Origin: Macrostomum lignano
Taxonomy: Eukaryota
Assembly (NCBI GenBank): GCA_002269645.1
Contig: NIVC01000810.1
Coordinates: 174,485-218,501 of the forward strand
Direction: 5' to 3'
DNA length: 44,017 nt
Shown here: piece after piece, positions 12,502 through 29,580 of the stretch
Numbering within the stretch: the stretch's first letter is position 1
How the letters are laid out: each line of letters opens with the position of its first letter
The notes under the pieces: model-generated
What the model was told of the DNA's origin: nothing
What the model saw: only the letters and a program-made list of their open reading frames with translations
Databases searched by the model: none
Translations under genes and position numbers: made by a program

Positions 12502-13582
12502 TTTCAACTTTAAAAGAACGAGATATTATTCGAAGACTAAACGAGTGTGACGCTTGTTAGCAATAAAAGAAAATTATATTGAAGTTAAAAAGTACCATAG
12601 TTCCAAAACATCAAACATCTCGATATACAAAAAGTGAAATAAAAGACATAAATATTTTTTGCAATAAAAAAAGAGGAAAAAATTACTTATTTGAAGCATT
12701 TCTAATTTTTTGACCTTTCTACGGTAAGACATTTGTTTTACTCTGTCTTCTGCGGTATGTTAACTCGTCGGTATTTTTGGCTCGAGAAATATAGTATATC
12801 GAAGCTTATTTAATACCAATAAAGAAGCCAATAAAATTTAGAATTGAAAAACTAAAAGACGGTATTCGTAAATTCAGATTTTTTGCATTGGCAGCAATAA
12901 AACAATAAAGAACAAAGAAAGAGTAAATGTTGTATGCTAGAACTAGAAGTACCGATAGATGCACTTTCTGTTTGTTCGCCGTTCGCCAGAATTTTCCAGC
13001 CTTTTGAGTATTTGTTTATTGCATTTTTATTTCACGCTTTTCTTTTTTCATGCTTTATCTTTCTTAAAAACGATAGAAATCTTACCTTACATATAACTTT
13101 TACTATATTAAACGTACATTTTTTCTGCGAACTCCCTTCCTTCAGCACTTGCACACATTAGTGGAATGTCATTATATTTTTGAGACAGAATCTTTGGATC
13201 TTTTAGTCTTCTCGATCGTAGCTCGTAACGCGAAAAATCTCGTTCCACGATACCAACAGAAATCGGCCGTAGCTATTATTAATGATTGCATGTACAGGTA
13301 GGCTGGTGCACACATATGGCTACCTAAACAAACTGGTTTAGTGCCTGTTTCATTAGATGTCTCTCTCTCTCTTTCTCTCTCTCTCTCTGTCTCTCTCTCT
13401 CTCCCTCTCTCCCTGTCCCTACACGGACGACGGTAATATAGGCGCTCAATAATATAAACCTTGACTGCATGCGTAGTGAATACACGTGGATACAGCCTAT
13501 GAACCTGTGAATGTTAAAAACTGCAAAACGCCGTTTAAGAATTGACTTATAATAATACTAAACAGTCCAACAGTATTTAATA

Positions 13583-19572
<5,990 letters not shown>

Positions 19573-19910
19573 TTGGAGTCGGGACTAATCTTCACTAACA
19601 GTTATTTAATACCTTCCAATATCATAGTTAGTCTTAGTAGAATGGCTCGCACACATCCACTTAGCCTTTGTTCTGTTGAACTACTAACAGTAGCTTGCTA
19701 GATTTGTTAGAATAAATATTTGCATACGTTTTTCAAACGTGTCGTGATAATGCAACGATTTTTCTCGAACCCATTTTCTAACAGAATCAATCAAATTGAA
19801 AAATCGACTGATTTAATAAAAAATATAACAAGATCAGCATAAAAGTATGCATAAATATACTATAGTACGCTCGTAGGTAATAGACTATCCAAATAATATG
19901 ATTGCTGAAT

Positions 19911-20105
19911 GGTGAGGTGAGGTGAGGTGAGGTGAGGTGAGGTGAGGTGAGGTGAGGTGAGGTGAGGTGAGGTGAGGTGAGGTGAGGTGAGGTGAGGTGA
20001 GGTGAGGTGAGGTGAGGTGAGGTGAGGTGAGGTGAGGTGAGGTGAGTTGAGGTAAGGTGAGGTGAGCTGAGGGGAGGTGAGCTGAGTGGAGGTGGGGTGA
20101 GGTGA
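19911..20105. repeat. (GGTGA)n pentanucleotide microsatellite
   Basis: About 25 perfect units followed by degenerate ones; a short copy lies at 18494-18510. Confidence 0.97.
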
Positions 20106-21007
20106 GTTCAACATCAGATCAATATTTATTAAGCGGCTCAGCAGCTGATCCAATGTTTAATCGGGGCATGGCTACAGCTTCATAAAGGAACTGAAGTTGA
20201 TTGCAATGGAAATAACATCACTATAAGCTAGCATTCACCAGTGCTATTTAAAGCAAATTAATCGATATTGATGGCAGCTATCAACATCAAAGCCGGATAT
20301 TTGCAACCAAGGCCAATTTAAATTGCAAATTTCTCTCTCTATTCATAGATTAGATATCCAACTCAGCGCTTGAACTGGTTCAGTGTAGACCGGCTGGTGA
20401 ATCTGTGAGAAAGCCGGTCAGTTGACCACCGCAAGCGCACACATCCGCTACCAGATTGGCCACTAATTATGCACAAACAGATGGAAGCATGTGTCAGGGG
20501 AAAGCAAATTTGGTTTGAACTCTTATGGTAAACGCGCCATACCTGTTATTGTCGGGTATTTTTAGTAAATTTTGAGCATTTATATATTCTGCCTGAATAA
20601 AAATATCTCAAACGGCATCGTTAGTGCTACTATTGATAAAAATATTAAATTCTAGTTCGTAATGTTTCGACAGCAGCCAGTTTCAGTTTCAGGAATAGTT
20701 TTAATTAGCATAAAAATATCTGAATAACCAATCATAAGCTATTAGTGAAGCAAAAGTCTTAGCCGAAATAATTATAGTTATTACAAAGTTCGGAAGCTTA
20801 AAAAAGTCATTCTCTATAAAAAACAGAAAAGCACAGAGAAATCTTGAGTAAATGAGGGTCTCTCTCGGAGTCTCTCCGTTATTTTTGAAAAATCGGAACT
20901 TGAAGAAGCTGAGCTTTGATGTTGCTACAGAAAAGAGAAAAATCTACAGCACACCTGTTAGTTTCAGAAAAGTTGATCTCCCATGATCGCCTCACGATCC
21001 CCCGGCC

Positions 21008-24000
21008 CTACATATCCCATGACGTCACCAGCTCGCCGTGCTCGTCGATGTGTCCGATGATCTTCTCGTAGATCGTCTCGAGACTGTCCGACAGACGGGG
21101 GGCCGATGGGTCGGGACTGACAACCGTCGCGTACTCCATGCGGGACAGGTCCTGGGGTAAACCGGTTCAGGTAGATGAGGCTTAAATGCATATTAATTAA
21201 CTAATTATTCTCTCTTCCGTCTCTATAAGACCAGCACCAGGGGCTTTAGCACCAGGGGCTTTAGCACCAGGGGCTTTAGCACCAGGGGCTTTAGCACCAG
21301 GGGCTTTAGCACCAGGGGCTTTAGCACCAGGGGCTTTAGCACCAGGGGCTTTAGCACCAGGGGCTTTAGCACCAGGGTCTTTAGCATCAGGGGCGCCAGC
21401 ACTAGGGGCGCCAGCACCAGGGGCTTTAGCACCAGGGGCGCCAGCACCAGGGGCGCCAGCACCAGGGGCGCCAGCACTAGGGGCGCCAGCACCAAGGGCG
21501 CCAGCACCAGGGGCGCCAGCACCAGGGGCGCCAGCACCAGGGGCGCCAGCACCAAGGGGCGCCAGCACTAGGGGCGCCAGCACCAAGGGCGCCAGCACCA
21601 GGGGCGCCAGCACCAGGGGCGCCAGCACCAGGGGCGCCAACACCAGGGGCGCCAGCACCAGGGGCGCCAGCACCAGGGGCGCCAGCACCAGGGGCGCCAG
21701 CACCAGGGGCGCCAGCACCAGGGGCGCCAGCACCAAGCACGCTGACAATGTCATCGGGCGCGCCAGGCGCTGCTTTGCGCAGGTGAGGAGAGCCATCGGG
21801 CCTACTTGGGGTCTTTCTCCCAAGACGGTCAGATGGATTTACACCGGCATTGTTCGGCCCAGTATCACCTACGCGTGTGTTATCTGGTCCAGTGCGTTGG
21901 AGTTGAAGACTGTTTGGGATCGGTTGTACCAGCTGCAGGGTAACATCTGCCGAGCCATCACCGGTGCGTATCCATCCACCCCTTACGAGGGGCTCAACAC
22001 CATCCTCAGCATGCCTCCGCTGCATTTGTTCATTAGAGCTGAGGCGATGAAGGGTGCCGCGCGTCTCATCTGTGATAAATTTATTGCTAACACGCCCTCG
22101 GGCTTCATGCCTGAGAAGACTCTTTTCCCACATCTGGACTATATCCGTCGCGATCTTCAACGCATCCACCTCAATTTAGACGAGGTGGACTGCAGATCAT
22201 CCACTCTCATCCTCAGGAGGGGCTTCAAGTGTACTCTTCCACCGAGAGGTAGTCACCCGCTGGACGTGGGCATCAACCGGAGAAGCCAGGGTATTCACTG
22301 CTTCACTGACGGATCCCTGCGTGACGGTCTCGCTGGTGCAGGCATTGCCATTTTCCACAAGGGTGAAGCGATCTTCCAAGAGAGTCTTCATCTTGGTGAG
22401 AATGTCTCGGTTTTTCAATCCGAAGTTGTAGCTATCAACCAGTGCGCTGAGCATTTGCACAAAGCTGGCATCAGCAGCTTTGACATTTATTTTTACTCTG
22501 ACAGCCAGGCCGCTATTAAGGCCTTGTCTTCTATCAAGCTCTCAACCAAGTCAGTCTCAGACTGCCTCAAAAGCTTGCAGACCCTAGCGATTCTCAACAG
22601 GATCAATGTTATCTGGACACCAGGCCATAGCAACATCCTCGGCAACGAGCTTGTGGATCAGCTTGCCAAGCGGGGTTGCACCCCTGATGGAGCGCAACGC
22701 TCAGTCAAGTTACCTTCTCCGAAGTCATCAATCAACCGCGCCATTCAAGATTGGCTGAACCGCCAGCATCAGACTCACTGGGACAGCTGCTCCGAATACC
22801 GGCAAGCACGAAAGGCTATGCCTGCCATTAACCGGAAAGTATCCGAATATCTAATCTCCTTAAGTAAAACTGACCTGAGGGAGATGTGCATGGTCATTAC
22901 TGGCCATGGCTTCTTCCAGAGACATATTTCACTGCAAAGTGGCTGCTCCCCTATCTGCCCATTCTGTGATTTAGAGGAGGAAACCTCGACGCACCACGTC
23001 ACTTTCTGCCCGCACTTCAACGAGGCGCGGAGGCGTCACCTCGGTCACCCGCTAAGGCTTGACGAGCTCACCACTCCGGACCGTATCCGTGATCTACGTG
23101 CATTCGTTCGGGATTCTGGGCGGATGAAAATCGCAGACGCCACTCTCGCGAGCTCTTCTGCCGGCGAGGGGTGGGCGCAGCCCCAAGGCTAACGCCTTTC
23201 TGTTTCTGTTTAGCTTGGGGTTGCGATGGGGGCCTCGCGGCCTGTTCGCGGCGCTCTGCCCCCCGTCGGTAGTAAGTAAGTAAGTAGGGGCGCCAGCACC
23301 AGGGGCGCCAGCACCAGGGGCGCCAGCACCAGGGGCGCCAGCACATCAAAAATGAGATACCAATTATGGAATGCAACCAAGCTACCCACCCTGTACAGGT
23401 AGTGCGATTTCCTGTAGTCCTGCTCCAGCTCGAGGGCCGACGGTCCCGCACCGATGCGCTTTCGGTAAAAGTAAATCGATAACGCAACTACTAGAAGCAG
23501 CAACGACAGCAGGCCGAACAGAACTGGTAGAAAACTGCTTTCTTCGTCCCGCTTCCCTTTGTTGCATCTTGTGACTCCTGAAATTCGAATAATTGCTACT
23601 CGAATGTCCATATCTGTTGATCTGCATATGTCAACAGGGAGACATAAGCGGCCTTACCTGCTGATTGCAAAGATGAACAGCTCCGCTTTATCGTGAAATT
23701 AATGATTTTCCTCTGTGTAATCAAACAAGAAATTGTTATATTTTCTTGATAGCTGTCAGTCTTGCCAGTCAGAACTGCTGCATCTTCCAACGAGTCATTA
23801 AAAAACGGCTGAAGATGGTTTTTTAAAATTGGTTTCATGCAGTCATGCCATTTTTTATTGAGGCTGGCACGCTTTAAGCGACAATGTCGCACAACCGGCG
23901 AGAGGCATTGCTGCCCATTCCGCCGACTCCCCTGAGCAGGCACACAAGCGCGCGGATACGTACGCAGTCATACGCACAGGCACACACTCACACAGGAGTG

Positions 24001-27000
24001 TACAGCGGCCCTAACTTTATTTATCGTTAGGCATGCACACTTCACTGTGCCTTGGGGGTTGGCCCTCAAGGCCGTTAATTGCACGAGCAGAGCCAAGCCG
24101 AGATTTCAATTTCGCCGCACTGAACCTGTGGGCTACGCCCCCCCCCCCTGGGAAATGTCATGCTTCAGAGCTACTCACAGAGCCAGTAGAGTTCCCATCG
24201 ATGAAGCACTGAGCGCTGGCTCTGGGATTTCCTCTCCATTCCTTCGACAGGCTAAGCGTGGTGTTAAAATGGGTTCCGTTGAAGAAAGAGATCGACAAAC
24301 TTGCTTCTGCTTGGTCTGAGGGGAATTTTTAAAAAAATTCTTGGCGATTATCAAGTCTCCATTACAGTCACGAAAAACTATTCACAAAGGTAGTTGAGTA
24401 ATTAGTCAATATAGGAATGCCTTCATTGGATTCTTATGGGGAACGAATAATAAGCAGAAGCGCTGCCCGACCGCCCGAGGACTCGGCTGCGTCAGTCGGT
24501 GATCGAGACCGTCATGCTGTACAACGCCTAGACGTGAACCCTGACCGCTACGCTGAAGGGGCAGCTGGACTCGGCGCACTCGGGGCTGCTCTGAGTGGTC
24601 TTACGAGCCGACGAGAGCTTCGGGCTCAACTGCAACGCCCGTCCACCTTCCTTGAGCCGGCGGCGACGTCAACTAGCGAACCAAGTGATTCGGGTCGAGA
24701 GCTACTGCCCCCCAGCCTCTACAGAGACGCCCTCATGACTTGACTCTTCTAGGTTTCGTCTTTTGTTGTTCTTACTTGAAGTATTATACGAACTAGTAAC
24801 CCTTTGGTGCTAAAGCTCACGCTGTTAAATCTAATATGCAATGAGTTATCACAATTAACAACTTTAACCAAAGTTTTGCCAACTCACAATAGACAGTAAT
24901 GTTCTGTGTGAATCTGCCATCCACATCTTCGAGGTCATGCTGAGAGACTCTGCACTCCAATGAGCCTCCGTTCATCTGCCTTGTTGAACTCCAGCTAAAT
25001 TCAGATTCCATCAGCGTCTCAACTCCTGGAGTTTGAGTCACGGGGGTGTTCTGAGCCCTGGTCATGCTGGTGCTGAGACCATCGGCTCTTTGCAGCCAGC
25101 ACCGGTGACTGGGCTCAGGGTTGCCACCGACTGACCGAACTGAGACTGACACGGGCTCGCCCTCCTTCATCACCAGAGGCTGAGTTGCATTCCATGAGTT
25201 CCTTGACGCATCTGTTGTACAAATCAATTCATTTGAATAGCGTTCCATTCACTCAGAATCATAACAATGGGAAACAAAAACGACTCAAACTCACAGAGCA
25301 CATCGAGTTTGTCACTGACTACTGACTTGCGAAACAAAACTGTGCTGCTTTCAGTCATCTGCAAAAGATCACACTGGATTTGCTGTCCGTTGTCTCCGGC
25401 CAGAGCGTTCAGTGTCCATAGAGATGTAGCATTTGATGCAGATTGAGGCTGGAATCAGTTTAGGGAACGAGGTTATTGTCATGTATCACCTGTCAGTCAA
25501 ATACTACAAACTACAGCCTTACCATAATCTGTGTGAGATTCCTTCCGGAAGCAGAGCAGCTGTGCAGAGCCGGAGGATTGCCGCGGTCAGAGGCCAGCAG
25601 CAGAATTTGAGCTGGGGAATTCGCTCGGATCTGCGGTGCGGCCAGCCTGATGGAGGCGCTCCGCACGGGGTCTGCGGTGTTTGCATATGCAGTTGGCTAT
25701 TGTGTACAAATTGTGTACCAACTGAAAAAACTATATATGTGAAGCCACATGCTGTTGCAAATAATGATAGTCAGCTATCCATCACGTGACTCACACAGAG
25801 CAGCTGGCAGCGGATGCCGGGCCCAGGTCTCGATCAGTCCCGACTGATTCACCAGACACGCAACGGATGCGCTGCTGCCCCACCGTCTGCTCACAGTTAC
25901 TGAGAATGTGCTGCTCGAGTTTGTGCTCTGGAATGAGTTCATTTCACACCATGCTTTCTGCAGGTCTCGGCGGCAAAACTGTAAAATACTCACCGAGACA
26001 ATCCGCAGTGTCGAGTTCGGGACTCCCTCCGACAGCAGAAAGCAGCTATGACTGGTTGTCACCCAGTTTCCTTGAGATGAGTCAGCTGTCAGATTGACAG
26101 TCGCTCCATCTATCCAGCTGGAGTCTGGGGGAAGCAGAAACCGAGTGCTGCAGGCCTCTGAAACGGTTCGAGTCGGGAGTGCTAAGGCGATTGCTGCCGT
26201 GAGAACCAGCAGTGAGAACTCACCGAGTAGCTTAGGCAGGCGCAGTGTTACTGGTGCTATATTTGTGCTGTCACTGCATTTTATGCTGCAAGATATGTTT
26301 CCATTCTTATATTCTGATTGCAGTTTCACCTCAAAGTACGACTTTGCACCGATATTTCTAGTACTGAACTTTTGTGTTTCACTCTAAAAGCATGCATGAA
26401 AGTTCACAAAAAATGTGAATGCGCACGATATTGAGTCGAAAATACAGCGCTTTTATTCTTACACTGAAAGTCGAATTCAGTCTTTTTATTGAGATCGTTT
26501 TCGACTTTTTTCGGCTTGATGTACTGCCATAATTTCTCGGATCATATGTAAGATAGCAGTCGTACTCTGTTGCAGAAACCAAGCCATCCGTGCTGAGAGA
26601 GAACACTGCTGTCCTGTTCACCACCCAGTGCTTGGTGATGCTCAGATCAAGACTTGGAGCTCCTGAAATTCAAGCTGAAAGCTTAGAAAAAGAAAAAAGA
26701 AATGGTGACTTCTATTTCACGTTAAAGTTGGTAAATGACCAACTGGAAATGAGAAGGATTGATGATACATTTCTACATAATCGGCAGTTCATTTATTGAA
26801 AGATACAGCGCGAGAAAAACATGAGATACTGAAACTTATTTACTCAATCACAGCTTCACCGAAATTGCCATTAAGTAATGTTACAATGGCGAAGCAGGTG
26901 TTTGGAAACCGTCTCGAAACTCTTTCAAGCTCACCCTTTGCTACACATTGGTTTATCATCAGTTCTTGCGAAGTCTGCGCGAGACTTCCGTCAGTGCAGC

Positions 27001-29580
27001 TCTGTCGGCACTGCAGATTCGCTTCGTGAAATTCCGGTGTCACGTTAATCTCTTTCAAAATGAGGAAACTGGAAGTTTTTGCCTTCTGCAAAATTTATCG
27101 GATTCAAGTTGTAAGTTAGTAGCTAATGAATTTCAGCATTTTGTTTCCAGTTCAGCTCTCACACTGCTCAGAGCCATGACGTCACCGCTTCGCATCCGGA
27201 TGCTGCAGTTGACTGCACCAGGTGCGGATGATGAGCTGCACGGAAGCCATGCCTTAACCATCAGTTTATCATTTTCCTTCAGTTTCAACAATTCTCTCTC
27301 AAAACATCCAACGTTGCTTTGTTTGCAAAAGTACGCTCCGTAGCAGTGAGCATTTTTGGCGTCTCGATCAGAATCATTGCTTCTTTTAATAGCCAAGCTA
27401 TTTTCCTCGATCTGCAGCAGCCGGAAGTTCATGTACTTGTCAGCATTGTTGTGCACAAACTTCCTCAGCAGCACAAACTGCGGCAACTGTAATGAGATGT
27501 CAATGAGGACATTAAAACATGCACGGGAGCTCCAATATTGAAGGACTCAGCAATTGCATACCTTTGAATAGTCTCGAACTGAGCAGGTAACTTTATATGC
27601 TAATTCTGAGTTAGTTGAGTTCTCGGTGATTCCACACAGGTGAAATTCGGTCAGGCTGTGGTTGAAACCCGCTATGCAACCTGGCGGATTCTCAGTCAGA
27701 CCAGCTGGCCTCTCGTGGCTGAGCAGCACCTCGATGCCCAGGGCTCTAACTCTTTCTGGGACTGGGGCTGGTTTGATAATGTGCAAGGAAAACTGTGAAC
27801 TGATTATTATCAAACATTCTTATGCACAAAAACACAGTGTGCACAAACACACGGTGTGCACAAACACACGGTGTGCACAAACACACGGTGTGCACAAACA
27901 CACGGTGTGCACAAACACGCGGTGTGCAAAAACACACGGTGTGCACAAACACACGGTGTGCACAAACACACGGTGTGCTCAAACACACGGTGTGCACAAA
28001 CACACAGTATGCACAAACACACGGTATGCACAAACACACAGTATGCACAAACACACAGTATGCACAAACACACGGTGTGCACAAACACACGGTGTGCACA
28101 AACACACGGTGTGCACAAACACACAGTATGCACAAACACACGGTGTGCACAAACACACGGTGTGCACAAACACACGGTGTGCACAAACACACGGTGTGCA
28201 CAAACACACGGTGTGCACAAACACACGGTGTGCACAAACACACGGTGTGCACAAACACACGGTGTGCACAAACACACAGTATGCACAAACACACGGTGTG
28301 CACAAACACGCGGTGTACACAAACACACGGTGTGCACAAACACACGGTGTACACAAATACACGGTGTGCACAAACACACAGTATGCACAAACACACGGTA
28401 CGCACAAACTTTGGCAGTACTCTTTAGCGAACTTTAGCTAACACAAACCGATGCAAAATATCCTAATACTTACAATCAAGTCTCCCATAGACAGTGACCG
28501 AGAGCACTGAGACACACCGGTTGAGCTTCAGCAACAGCCACTGGTAGCCTGAGGGGTCCGCGGTGTTGCTGGAGTGGAAATAGTCCCATTGCGATGGTCT
28601 GGCAGATGAATTACGGAAGCAGCCGTTGCTGTTGTACCATGACGACTGCCAGGCATCATCGATTTCGGATTTGGTGATGTTGAAGCCGAGGCCTTCAGTG
28701 TTAATAAAGTTTTAGCGACTTGAAAACTGTCTGACCAAAGCTTTTTGTAAAGTGGCGTAGTATCTTCAGATTTTTATCAATAATTCAATGCCCATCGTTT
28801 GCTTTCCAAAGAAGCGCTTATTATTTAACTCTCAAGCATTTATACATCTAGATTACTACTTAAACGGGTAATCTATCTTAATCTGAGCGAGCATCATTGT
28901 AGTTACTAGCACTATTTCATTGAACTTCAAGTTGGTGCTCTTTTGGAGTCTGTAAAAGACGCAATGTTCCAGTAGCCGAACACTCAATCATGATAGTCTT
29001 AATTGTATGAGACTTGTTTTTGTAATTTAGAAGATTACTAGATTTCTAATGACATTTGACATTCACATTTTTTTAACATGCATGATATGATAATTTACAG
29101 TTTCTTTTGGTTTATGTAGCTTGTAGCTTGAACTTCCACCACTCTAACACTCTTGACATGAGTATGAAGTTCCATGTGAGTTAAAGTTGCAATAAGAACT
29201 ACCACTGATAAAGTGACGCTTTATCAAGGTGTAACATTCACATCCTATTAATTCTATAAAGCCATTGTAAGATAAGACCGTTCTCAACTCCCATCTCCGC
29301 AGTGTAAAAGTTCCGACATAAGATCGAACTTACGCTACGAAAGCTTTATACGCTCGTAGTACGACCCCCTACTCTTAGCGTAGCAAGTTTCAACAGTGGG
29401 TTTGAAACTGTGCCGGTAATTGAACTGTCAAATAAATGGTTATTACATTATTTCCTATCAAGATGCCATTGCGCAATAATTATGATATAATTATACAATA
29501 TCAGAAATAAAACAATTTTCCTCACAGTCTCTGAAGCAATAGACAGCAAAGCACAAAAACAGCTTCAATTGCAGATCCAT
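21008..29580 (-). CDS. Type I membrane receptor, ~983 aa: signal peptide, F-type-lectin-like domain, six atypical Ig-like domains, TM, ITIM-like/ITSM cytoplasmic tail
   Basis: complement join 29580-29526, 28692-28474, 27761-27562, 27486-27163, 27085-26860, 26662-26463, 26383-26224, 26181-25994, 25927-25795, 25671-25523, 25448-25295, 25211-24888, 24315-24179, 23808-23658, 23577-23390, 21151-21008 = 2952 nt. All introns are GT-AG and phases chain without a stop. Signal [21 protein letters not shown]; lectin motifs [25 protein letters not shown]-x3-R; Ig-like GNP..C and NG...C motifs, with LDVLY and ITVYY G-strands; [25 protein letters not shown] then RKR. The exon 3 acceptor could shift by 6 nt either way. 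Confidence 0.75.
21231..21735. repeat. 15-bp minisatellite, left part (AGCACCAGGGGCTTT block, then AGCACCAGGGGCGCC block)
   Basis: Tandem units in the last intron of the receptor; the array resumes at 23286-23344 after the LINE. Confidence 0.97.
21736..23286 (+). mobile_element. 5'-truncated non-LTR retrotransposon (R1/LOA-like) encoding RT C-terminus, RNase H and CCHC knuckle; (TAAG)3 tail
   Basis: Uninterrupted frame 21738-23192: [34 protein letters not shown]; RNase H motifs [36 protein letters not shown]; C-x2-C-x8-H-x4-C (CPFC...HHVTFC). 3' UTR ends in TAAG repeats at 23273-23284. Clade assignment is from motif memory. Confidence 0.9.
23286..23344. repeat. 15-bp minisatellite, right remnant (4 units)
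   Basis: AGGGGCGCCAGCACC x4 directly after the LINE tail. Confidence 0.95.
23864..24112 (-). repeat. Dispersed ~250-bp repeat, copy B (uninterrupted), in receptor intron 13
   Basis: Approximate reverse complement of 8611-8631 plus 8847-9076. Confidence 0.85.
24457..24760 (+). mobile_element. Decayed RTE-like LINE 3' fragment, receptor intron 12
   Basis: One frame reads [36 protein letters not shown]...[12 protein letters not shown], matching the RT C-terminal 'S.VETVLLY..E.WTLT..L...LD....LLR' pattern with in-frame stops. Confidence 0.65.
27827..28409. repeat. 17-bp satellite (CACAAACACACGGTGTG), ~34 copies, receptor intron 2
   Basis: Tandem units; reverse complement of the array starting at 34561. 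Confidence 0.98.
28411..28820 (-). repeat. Left arm of an inverted segmental duplication (partner 34150-34559)
   Basis: Line-by-line comparison gives ~410 bp of unique sequence with one mismatch; paired coordinates sum to 62970. Confidence 0.95.

Noticed and set aside
12540-12575. RFX X-box upstream of DRC1 (GTTAGCAAT)
   Set aside because: Only a half-site; too weak to call.
21197-22169. GAPGA and VLAPL collagen- or elastin-like ORFs
   Set aside because: Translations of the 15-bp minisatellite.
24417-24743. 108-aa plus-strand ORF
   Set aside because: An alternative frame of the decayed RTE-like fragment; the homologous frame carries stops.
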